NCBI GenBank assembly: GCA_029259695.1
Contig: JAJDEQ010000144.1
Location: 1,501-65,500, forward strand
Origin: Planctomycetota bacterium
GTDB taxonomy: Bacteria > Planctomycetota > B15-G4
DNA: 64,000 nucleotides
Reading direction: 5' to 3'
The notes beneath the pieces are model-generated. The model was given only the letters and a program-made list of their open reading frames with translations. It searched no databases and was not told where the DNA came from. The position numbers were made by a program, and so were the translations under genes. Shown here one piece after another: positions 30,282-38,156 of this stretch (within the stretch, counting starts at the first letter, position 1; each line of letters begins with the position of its first letter).

Positions 30282-30342
30282 CGTTGTTCCCCGGACTGCA
30301 ACGTGAGCACCGCCTCGTCAGAGGCTCGTCGAAGGAAACGCC

Positions 30343-30942
30343 GTGCTGTTACCCGTGATCGAGACCGAGCGGTTGCTGTTGCGGCCACCGGTGTTGGACG
30401 ACGCGCAGGGGATCTTCGATGCCTATGCGTCGGACGAGGAGGCCACGCGTTACCTTGTGTGGTTGGCGCACGATTCGGTGGACTCCGTGCGGCTGTTCCT
30501 ATCGCAGGCGCTGAAGGGGCTCGCGAACGGCACGACGTACCTGTGGGCGATCACGCGGCGGTCAGCGGACGGCACGAGCGGCGAGCTGATCGGCATGATC
30601 GGCCTGGACCTGAGCGCCATGCCCCACAACGCGCACCGGGCGAGCATGGGTTACGTCCTCTCCCGTCGCCAATGGGGGCGGGGGCTCATGACCGAGGCCG
30701 TCAGCGCCGTGGTCGACTGGGCGCTCCGCGACAGGGGCAGCACCGACCGCGCTGACACCGTTCCCCTCGCCGGCGGCGGCTTCGAGCGCGTGTGGGCCGT
30801 GTGCCACGTCGACCACAGCGCGTCGGCGCGCGTGATGGAGAAGGCCGGCATGCAGCGCGAAGGCCTTCTGCGCAAGTGGATCCGCTTCCCCAGCCTCGGG
30901 AACGAAGCGTGTGATTGCTGGTGTTACGCGCGGGTGAGGTAG
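30343..30942 (+). CDS. GNAT family N-acetyltransferase (RimJ/RimL type)
   Basis: IETERLLLRPP, GYVLSRRQWGRGLMTEAV, SARVMEKAGMQREG. Confidence 0.9.
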   Translation: MLLPVIETERLLLRPPVLDDAQGIFDAYASDEEATRYLVWLAHDSVDSVRLFLSQALKGLANGTTYLWAITRRSADGTSGELIGMIGLDLSAMPHNAHRASMGYVLSRRQWGRGLMTEAVSAVVDWALRDRGSTDRADTVPLAGGGFERVWAVCHVDHSASARVMEKAGMQREGLLRKWIRFPSLGNEACDCWCYARVR

Positions 30943-30947
30943 CGACC

Positions 30948-31511
30948 TCAGTCAAGCGTGCGCAAGAGCAGGTCATCGCCTGGGGTCACGCTGAATGCTT
31001 TCGTTCGACGGTAGGCGAGTCCGCCGTCGGAGGCCGGTCGAGGGAGCGTGAGCGTGTATCGCCCCGGTGCCACGTAGGTGAAGACCACGCGACCATCGGG
31101 TGGGAGACGCACACGCCGCACGTCGAGTTCGCCGGCCACAGGGGAAAGCAAGTGGGGCAGCGCGCCGTGCAGCGGTTGCTCCTGCTCCGTGTCGAGAATC
31201 ACTTCCGGTTGGCCGCCGCGCCAGTGGGGCGCGACCGAGGTCCCCAGGTCGAGCGTGATCGTGCCGAAGTCCCTGGAAGTCTTCCCCGGCGAGACGACCC
31301 GACATTGGCTCTCACCGCCGGACGCAGGGATGACCCCGGCCTCGATCGGGTCGACGCGCGGCTCGACCCGGAGCCCGAGTGGCGCTCCGAAGCGCGGGGC
31401 GTCGTCGATCGCGTGCTCCTCAGGCTCCTGTCGAAACAGGAACCAGGTCGCCGCAAGCAGGCCGGCAAGTCCGACGACCAGCAGGGACGAAGTGCGGTGA
31501 CGAGTCGTCAT
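30948..31511 (-). CDS. Hypothetical membrane-anchored protein
   Basis: N-terminal TM (LLVVGLAGLLAATWFLF); C-terminal FTYVAPGRYTLT beta-sandwich-like segment. Confidence 0.6.
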   Translation of the reverse strand: MTTRHRTSSLLVVGLAGLLAATWFLFRQEPEEHAIDDAPRFGAPLGLRVEPRVDPIEAGVIPASGGESQCRVVSPGKTSRDFGTITLDLGTSVAPHWRGGQPEVILDTEQEQPLHGALPHLLSPVAGELDVRRVRLPPDGRVVFTYVAPGRYTLTLPRPASDGGLAYRRTKAFSVTPGDDLLLRTLD

Positions 31512-32009
31512 GAAGTGCGTTGTCAGCCGAGCCGCGCTTCTCAGCAGGGGCAGAGCTGTTCGGGGTGCAGTTGTGAGAGCAACGCCAGGGTCGTGATGAG
31601 TTTCTCGTGTGTGCAGATTTGTTGATCGCTTGTCGCATCTTGCACGCTCTGTTCCGTGAAGAGGAACAGTGGGACTGCCGTGTTGCGTCTCGCCGTGCGA
31701 CATGCCTCTGCCACACGCCTCAGGACCACGGCCCGGCAGCGGTCGCCCCGGTTCACCAAGGGCGGGCCGCACCCGGCGGCCGGGTGACACGGCCTCGCGC
31801 ATTGTTCCAGAGAGCGGAACTGGCGGCCAGTCGGGGCCTCCCTCCTTCCCGGCGTCGCCGTGTTTGGCGACTTGCGATGAGGCCGGGTGTCACGCGGGCG
31901 TCCGCGGGCCGACAGCCATGCGGCGAGGGGTTGCCGCTGATTCGCGCAGAGCAGGTCAGGCGATGAGTGGTGTTCCCTCGACAGCAACTTCAACTCGAGG
32001 AGACACACG

Positions 32010-32444
32010 ATGAGATCGAAGACCTGGATGATGCTGTGCGTCGCGGCCATGCTGCTGGGAGGCTGCAAGGTGATGTTGGCCAAGACCGACTGTTACAAGG
32101 GCATCGCGACCGGTGTGAAGGCAGCGGGTGGAAGCCTGAGCGCAACGGGCATGTCGGTGACGACCAACGCCGAGCGCGGCGATTGTCCCAAGCTGAAGAG
32201 CATGAAGCTCAAGACCTACCACGATCTGGGGTTCCAAGGGGGAGGGGGGCACGCGGGGTTCAACCCCGGCGCCGACATCTGCGTCGACGCGCTCAACGCG
32301 GATGTCGCCACGCCCTCGAGCGAGCTGAAGATGGGAACCATCAACCTCGACCTGTTCGACAACGGCATCGCGGCCACGCACTGGGAGTTCAGTTTCGTCG
32401 ACGAGAACGGTGGGGTCTCCACGTTCTCGGGCAACTTCAACTGA
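32010..32444 (+). CDS. Hypothetical lipoprotein
   Basis: GAGGAG RBS; lipobox LGGC; three further Cys; strong GC3 bias. Confidence 0.75.
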   Translation: MRSKTWMMLCVAAMLLGGCKVMLAKTDCYKGIATGVKAAGGSLSATGMSVTTNAERGDCPKLKSMKLKTYHDLGFQGGGGHAGFNPGADICVDALNADVATPSSELKMGTINLDLFDNGIAATHWEFSFVDENGGVSTFSGNFN

Positions 32445-32460
32445 TCGGAAGGGGGAACAC

Positions 32461-32943
32461 ATGAACGTGCTGAAGAGATTGGTCGTCGTCCTGCTCGTCG
32501 CGGGCGCCATCGGCCCGTACGCGTATCCGCAGGTGGCCATGCAGGGGAAGAACCAGCTCCTGCGCTTGAAGGTGGAGCTGCTGGCCCTGCTCGGGAACGG
32601 TAACTACCGCGAGTTCCAGTGGAACGCGCACCAGTACGGCAACGGGTTGCGCGTGCTCAACCCCGCCGCGCCGCACTCCCGGGACGAGTACCGGTTGGTC
32701 TGGATCGAGGACCTCGGCCGGGTGAAGGACATGCAGGAAGACGTTCCTGCGGCGTACGCCTGGATCTGGGTCAATGGCGTGCAGGTGGACTTCGTGCGGG
32801 ACGAGTTCACCGGCCGGCTCGAGGTGCTCGTGCCCACCGACCTGCTCGGTCTGCTGCACAACGAGGTGCGGGTCGAGGGCTACGCCGTCGACGACCGCCT
32901 GGTCCTCGCCTGGGAACACGACGACTTGCCGATGTTCTTCTGA
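32461..32943 (+). CDS. Hypothetical secreted protein
   Basis: Purine-rich RBS (ggaaggggga); signal peptide MNVLKRLVVVLLVAGAIG; strong GC3 bias. Confidence 0.75.
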   Translation: MNVLKRLVVVLLVAGAIGPYAYPQVAMQGKNQLLRLKVELLALLGNGNYREFQWNAHQYGNGLRVLNPAAPHSRDEYRLVWIEDLGRVKDMQEDVPAAYAWIWVNGVQVDFVRDEFTGRLEVLVPTDLLGLLHNEVRVEGYAVDDRLVLAWEHDDLPMFF

Positions 32944-33018
32944 GTGGCGACAGTGGATCGAGAAGGACGGCGCCGGCGGCTCGGGGGAGTCGCCGGCGCG
33001 TTGTCAGGAGAGAACCTC

Positions 33019-33414
33019 ATGGGAGAGAAGACGATGCCGTTCGTACTCGCGCTGTGCCTGTTGGCCTCCGCCTGCGTCTCGCCGTCGGCACCGCCCGCGG
33101 TGATTCACACGATGGCGGACGGGAAAGTCACTTTCGCTCACGCGGCGCCCGAGTGGCGAGAGGATCGGATCGTGCTGACCTGGCTCGAGGCCGAGGGCGT
33201 CGGGGGGGTGGCCATGACGAAGATCGAAGTGAACGTCGCGCTGGCCGAGTCCGGGCCCTACGAGCGCGGGGTCGGTGCCTCGAGGCTCCGGCCGTCGCGC
33301 GGACTGCAGTTCGGACCGCTCGCTCTTCCTCCGGGGGCGGAGCAAGCCTGGCTTGAGGTGCGCGTGACGACGGACGCGGGTGTGGTGGAGCAACGCTTCC
33401 CTGTGCGTCGATAG
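33019..33414 (+). CDS. Hypothetical lipoprotein
   Basis: AGGAG upstream; lipobox LASAC; beta-rich sequence. Alternative start 33034. Confidence 0.65.
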   Translation: MGEKTMPFVLALCLLASACVSPSAPPAVIHTMADGKVTFAHAAPEWREDRIVLTWLEAEGVGGVAMTKIEVNVALAESGPYERGVGASRLRPSRGLQFGPLALPPGAEQAWLEVRVTTDAGVVEQRFPVRR

Positions 33415-33417
33415 CCG

Positions 33418-34002
33418 TCAATCGCCCCAAGTCGCGTGTTGTTCGACGCGCCCGCAATGCCGTTCGGCGGGGTAGCTGGAGCATGTGAGGCAGAAGACGA
33501 ACTCGGTGGGGTACTCCCACGGAAAGAGCTTCCACTCGATGCGCTCGAGCTGGGTGCGGTAGCTGTCCAGCCAGGCATCGAGATTGGCGGACCGGCCTTC
33601 GGCGAGTCGAGCGGCTTCATAGGCGCAGCGACCGTCCTTGGCGGTGTGGCATTCGCTGATGAGCCGGAGCCACGTCTCGTCGTCGAGGATCTGGTGCGGG
33701 ACGACGTCCTGCTCCAGCACCTCCCACGCGGCACGGCCGGCCGGGTCCACGGGCTCGGTGATGGACTCCGCGCGGACGATGGATCGAATGAGGGAGACCG
33801 TGGCGCGCCGTGCGAGGAGGGTGTCGTTTGTCTCGAGGGCGGCGTTGAACGCTGCCTGCGCGTGGTGGTGAGCGCCCGTGTGGTCGTCTTGCCAGAGCGC
33901 CTCTCTGGCGAGCGCCATGTGCTGCTCCGGGGTGGGTTCGGTGCAGGCGGGGAGGGCGCCGGTCAGGGTCGCTGTCAGGAGCAAGCCGGAGCAGATGCGC
34001 AA
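33418..34002 (-). CDS. Hypothetical helical lipoprotein
   Basis: TTG start; lipobox-like LPAC; helical, TPR-like N-terminal part; C-terminal CLTC...HC. Confidence 0.6.
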   Translation of the reverse strand: MRICSGLLLTATLTGALPACTEPTPEQHMALAREALWQDDHTGAHHHAQAAFNAALETNDTLLARRATVSLIRSIVRAESITEPVDPAGRAAWEVLEQDVVPHQILDDETWLRLISECHTAKDGRCAYEAARLAEGRSANLDAWLDSYRTQLERIEWKLFPWEYPTEFVFCLTCSSYPAERHCGRVEQHATWGD

Positions 34003-34029
34003 GGGAGGTTCGTCGCGAGTGGAGGGGCG

Positions 34030-34617
34030 TCACACCTCGATCTTGGTGCCCAGCACCTCCAGGAAACGAGCGATCCACTCGGCGTGGGCCGGCCAGGCCG
34101 GGGCGGTGACGAGGTTGCCGTCCACCACGGCGTTGCTGAGGGTGTCGTTGGGTTCGGCCCACTCGGCGCCGGCGCGCACGACTTCCGGGCGCACGGCGGG
34201 GTAGGCGGTGCACAGCCGGCCCTGGAGCACGTCGGCGGCGGCGAGCAGTTGCTGGCCGTGGCAGATCGAGGCGATCGGTTTGGCCTGGTCGGCGAAGTGG
34301 CGCACGCAGGCCAGCACCTGCTCGTCGAGGCGCAGGTACTCGGGGGCGCGGCCGCCGGGGACGACCAGGGCGTCGTAGTCGGCGGGGTCGAGCCGGTCGA
34401 AGTCGGCATTGAGCACGAAGTCGTGGCCGCGCTTCTCGGTGTAGGTCTGGTCGCCCTCGAAGTCGTGGACGGCGGTCCGGACCTTCTCGCCGGCGCGCTT
34501 GCCGGGGCAGGCGGCGTGGACCTCATGGCCCACCATGCCCAACATCTGGAACGGCACCATGACCTCGTAGTCCTCCACGAAGTCGCCGACGAGCATCAGG
34601 ATCCTGCGGGCGGCCAT
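34030..34617 (-). CDS. DJ-1/PfpI family protein
   Basis: [39 protein letters not shown]. Confidence 0.92.
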   Translation of the reverse strand: MAARRILMLVGDFVEDYEVMVPFQMLGMVGHEVHAACPGKRAGEKVRTAVHDFEGDQTYTEKRGHDFVLNADFDRLDPADYDALVVPGGRAPEYLRLDEQVLACVRHFADQAKPIASICHGQQLLAAADVLQGRLCTAYPAVRPEVVRAGAEWAEPNDTLSNAVVDGNLVTAPAWPAHAEWIARFLEVLGTKIEV

Positions 34618-34903
34618 GGGGGCCTCCGGGGTGTTCAGGGGCACACAACGGACCATTGTAGGCCGGGGCTCTCGGGGTGGGGGCGGCGCGGAACGGCTCC
34701 GGCTCGGCTGTGGGAGCGGAGTGTGGTGCGTGGCCCGGGCCGGAGCTCGGAGTCCTCGGCCGGGGGTGGCTCGAGTGCCCCTCAGGCCCGCCGGGTCGTC
34801 TTGCCGATGGACGGGGCTGCCGCTATTCTGCGCCATCCCTCTTCGCGCGCCACGTCCAGAGGCGCCGGGCAGCCCCGCCCCTCCGTCGTCGGTCCCAACG
34901 CCC

Positions 34904-35116
34904 GTGTTCCAGCCCGTCACTCAGTTTCTCGAGCGTTTCGGCAACGTCGTCGGGCGCACACTGCTCTCGGTCATCTACTGGGTGGCCCTGGCCCCGATCG
35001 CGGTGTTCTACAAGCTCTTCACCGACGCGCTCATGGTGAAGTCGCCTCCGTCCTCGACGTATTGCGACTGGAGCCAGGTGAACGAGACGCTCGACGACGC
35101 GCGGCGTCAGGACTGA
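34904..35116 (+). CDS. SxtJ-like small membrane protein
   Basis: [33 protein letters not shown]-terminal ARRQD; 5 nt upstream of the carbamoyltransferase. Confidence 0.7.
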   Translation: MFQPVTQFLERFGNVVGRTLLSVIYWVALAPIAVFYKLFTDALMVKSPPSSTYCDWSQVNETLDDARRQD

Positions 35117-35121
35117 GACCC

Positions 35122-36918
35122 ATGTACATCCTCGGCTTGTCGTTCTACTACCACGACGGATCCGCTGCGATCATCAAGGACGGCGTGGTCCTCGCCGCGG
35201 GTGAGGAAGAGCGCTTCAGTCGTCGCAAGCACGACCCGGGCTTCCCCGGCAAGGCGATCGACTTCTGCCTGAAGACGGCCGGCATCACGATCGACCAGGT
35301 CGACTACGTGGTGTTCTACGAGAAGCCGTTCGTGAAGTTCGAGCGCCTGCTGCTCACGGCCTTCTCGACCTTCCCGCGTTCGCTCAAGGTCTTCCGCGAG
35401 GCGATGCTCGCCTGGATGCAGAAGAAGCTGTGGGTGCGCAGCCTGATCCTGAAGAACCTCGGGATCCCCAAGAGCAAGCTGCTCTTCGCCGACCACCACA
35501 TGAGCCACGCCAGCGCGGCGTTCTTCTGCTCGCCCTTCGACGAGGCGGCCGTGCTCACGCTCGACGGCGCCGGGGAGTGGACCACGTCCACCCTGGGGCA
35601 CGGCAAGGACACCAAGATCGACCTGCTCAAGGAGATGCGCTTTCCGCACTCCGTGGGCCTGCTCTACTCGTCCTTCACCGCCTACTGCGGCTTCGAGGTG
35701 AACGAGGGCGAGTACAAGCTGATGGGCATGGCGCCCTACGGCGAGCCCAAGTACATCGATCGGATCAAGAAGATGATCCGCATCAACGACGACGGTTCGC
35801 TGTGGCAGGACATGAAGTACTTCGCCTACCACTGGTCGGCGACGAACAGCTACACGCCGGCCTTCGAGGAGGTCATGGGGCGGCCCGGGCGCGACCCGGC
35901 CCTCGAGGACAAGAGCCTCGATCCCTTCTACTGCGACGTGGCCATGTCGATCCAGAGGGTGACCGAGGAGATCGTGATGCGCATGGCGCAGAACGCGGTC
36001 AACGTCACCGGCTGCAAGCGGCTGTGCATGGCGGGCGGCGTGGCGCTCAACTCGGTGGCCAACGCCAAGATCATCAACGAGACCGACGTCGAGGAGCTGT
36101 ACGTGCACCCGGCGGCGGGCGACGACGGCGGCGCGGTGGGTGCGGCCATGTGGGCCTACAACCACCTGCTCGGCAAGCCCCGCGCTCCGGCGCTCGATCA
36201 CGCCTACCTGGGCAGCGAGTACTCACACGCCGAGATCGAGGAGTTCCTCAGCGAGCACGACATCGCCTTCGAGAAGTACGACACCGACGAGGAGTTCTTC
36301 GATGTCGTCACCGAGGACCTGATCGCCGGCAAGGTCGGCGGGTGGTTCCGCGGTCGCTTCGAGTGGGGGCCGCGTGCGCTCGGTTCACGATCGATCATCG
36401 CCGATGCTCGCAGCACCGAGATGAAGGAGATCGTCAACGCCAAGATCAAGTTCCGCGAGGCGTTCCGGCCCTTCGCTCCCAGCGTGCTGCACGAGCGCGC
36501 CGGCGAGTACTTCGAGATGCCCAACGACCCCTCCGGTGAGCACTGGCCCGCGCGCTTCATGCTCTACGTCGTGCCGGTGCGCGAGGAGAAGCGGGACGCG
36601 ATCCCGGCCATCACCCACGTGGACGGCTCGGGCCGCCTGCAGACGGTGATGAAGGACAGCAACCCCGACTACCACCGCATGATCGAGCTCTTCGGCGAGA
36701 AGACCGGCGTGCCGGTCGTGCTGAACACCTCGTTCAACCTGAAGGGTGAGCCGATCGTCGAGACGCCGGCCCAGGCCTTCAACACCTTCAGCCGCAGCGA
36801 GATGGACGTGCTCTACCTGCAGAACTACGTCGTCCGCAAGGAGGCCAAGAAGATCATCCACGACACGCCCTTCATGCTGCGGCACGAAGGTGATCGCGTG
36901 GCCGAGATGGTGTCCTGA
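35122..36918 (+). CDS. O-carbamoyltransferase, NodU/CmcH (SxtI-like) family
   Basis: ILGLSFYYHDGSAA, EEERFSRRKH, HHMSHA, GEYKLMGMAPYG, GGVALN, EWGPRALGSRS, FRPFAPS, THVDGSGRLQTV, LNTSFN. Confidence 0.95.
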   Translation: MYILGLSFYYHDGSAAIIKDGVVLAAGEEERFSRRKHDPGFPGKAIDFCLKTAGITIDQVDYVVFYEKPFVKFERLLLTAFSTFPRSLKVFREAMLAWMQKKLWVRSLILKNLGIPKSKLLFADHHMSHASAAFFCSPFDEAAVLTLDGAGEWTTSTLGHGKDTKIDLLKEMRFPHSVGLLYSSFTAYCGFEVNEGEYKLMGMAPYGEPKYIDRIKKMIRINDDGSLWQDMKYFAYHWSATNSYTPAFEEVMGRPGRDPALEDKSLDPFYCDVAMSIQRVTEEIVMRMAQNAVNVTGCKRLCMAGGVALNSVANAKIINETDVEELYVHPAAGDDGGAVGAAMWAYNHLLGKPRAPALDHAYLGSEYSHAEIEEFLSEHDIAFEKYDTDEEFFDVVTEDLIAGKVGGWFRGRFEWGPRALGSRSIIADARSTEMKEIVNAKIKFREAFRPFAPSVLHERAGEYFEMPNDPSGEHWPARFMLYVVPVREEKRDAIPAITHVDGSGRLQTVMKDSNPDYHRMIELFGEKTGVPVVLNTSFNLKGEPIVETPAQAFNTFSRSEMDVLYLQNYVVRKEAKKIIHDTPFMLRHEGDRVAEMVS

Positions 36919-36920
36919 TC

Positions 36921-37376
36921 ATGGGTACGCTCGAAATCGTCTTCCTGGTCCTGCTCGGCGTCTTCGGCCCGCTGTACTGGCTGAACTACCGCAAGGACGA
37001 GAACCTGCCCGTGGCGCTGCTCAAGGTGGCGGCGTTGCTCGGCTTCGTCTACGCCGTGATGAAGGGCTTCGACTGGATGGCGGCGGAGGTCCCGGCCGAG
37101 GAGGTGATGACCTTCGGCGAGCCGGCGACCGAGGCCGGGCCGCGGATCCCGCTGGCTGCGAACGCGTTCACCTGGTTCGCGGTGTTCATCCTGGTGATGA
37201 TCACCTGGTATGCGCGCGACAAGTTCACCACGGTCGTCTCGCTCATGCTGTCGACCTGGGACCGGGGCAACTGGTACGTGCTGCCCGTGCTCGTCGTGCT
37301 GATGACGATCGGCCTCGCCCTGGCGGCGGCTGCGGCCTCGCCGGTGCTCTCGCCGTTCATCTACACGCTGTTCTAG
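36921..37376 (+). CDS. Membrane protein with C-terminal DUF5989/SxtK-like segment
   Basis: Ends GNWYVLPVLVVLMTIGLALAAAAASPVLSPFIYTLF; three extra N-terminal TM segments. Confidence 0.72.
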   Translation: MGTLEIVFLVLLGVFGPLYWLNYRKDENLPVALLKVAALLGFVYAVMKGFDWMAAEVPAEEVMTFGEPATEAGPRIPLAANAFTWFAVFILVMITWYARDKFTTVVSLMLSTWDRGNWYVLPVLVVLMTIGLALAAAAASPVLSPFIYTLF

Positions 37377-37393
37377 AGCGCGCGCCGCCCCGC

Positions 37394-37996
37394 TCAGCGA
37401 GGGGCCGCGTTCTCCTTGGCGCGCTTGGCCTTGGCCTTGGCCCGCGCGTTGTTGACCTTGCCGCGCTGCTCCGGGGAGAGCGTGTGCCGCAGGGCCTGCA
37501 GGTGCGCCGGCGGGTAGAGGTACGCCATGTGCTCGGCCAGGCGGATGGCGACGGCCGGTGCGGCGGCGGTGTCGTAGCTCTTCGCCACGAATTCGAAGCG
37601 GTGGGCGTAGGGGCAGCTCAGCGTGAAGAAGAGGCAGGCGCAGACCACACCCACCAGCGAGCCGAAGTGCTTGTTGTGCGGCTCCTCGCCGCCGGCCTGC
37701 TTCTTGCCGTCGCGGCCGCCGAAGATGCGACCCAGGATCGGCAGGGCCAGCAGCATGCCCGTCACGCCCCCGTAGGCCATGAACTGGGTGTGCCAGTTCT
37801 GGGCGTCCTGGGGGTCGGCCACCCAGCCGAGGAGAATCGGGGCCAGGCTGCGGCCGATCCACATGGCGGCGATCAGCCAGAGCATCATCCCGAACACCGG
37901 GCCGAGGCCCTTGTTCAGGCCGTAGAAGTACCCGAGAACCAGGGCGCCGACACCGACCCAGTCGATGAGCGCGAGCTCGACCGATACGGTTTCCAC
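37394..37996 (-). CDS. CvpA-like membrane protein
   Basis: LIDWVGVGALVLGYFYGLNKGL opening, four TM segments, FGSLVGVVCAC. Confidence 0.65.
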   Translation of the reverse strand: METVSVELALIDWVGVGALVLGYFYGLNKGLGPVFGMMLWLIAAMWIGRSLAPILLGWVADPQDAQNWHTQFMAYGGVTGMLLALPILGRIFGGRDGKKQAGGEEPHNKHFGSLVGVVCACLFFTLSCPYAHRFEFVAKSYDTAAAPAVAIRLAEHMAYLYPPAHLQALRHTLSPEQRGKVNNARAKAKAKRAKENAAPR

Positions 37997-38156
37997 GATC
38001 CGATGGACTCCGGCGGGGTCGGTTGCGTCGTGGCGAACGCCAGGGGGCTGACGTGGAGGGGCTTGGCTGACAGTGGGGCGGTGTAGGTCAGGAGCCCCAA
38101 TCCCCGGCGCAGGGGCCTATAATGCGCCGTTCCGGCTCCCCCATCAGAATCACGCC

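Noticed and set aside
33436-35121. Apparent 1160-aa carbamoyltransferase fusion in the ORF track
   Set aside because: The first 562 codons overlap the DJ-1/PfpI and lipoprotein genes on the opposite strand and the SxtJ-like gene; the family's N-terminus (MYILGLS) begins at 35122.
34904-37376. Saxitoxin biosynthesis cluster
   Set aside because: Only sxtI/J/K-like genes are present; no sxtA, sxtG, sxtB or other pathway genes in the window.
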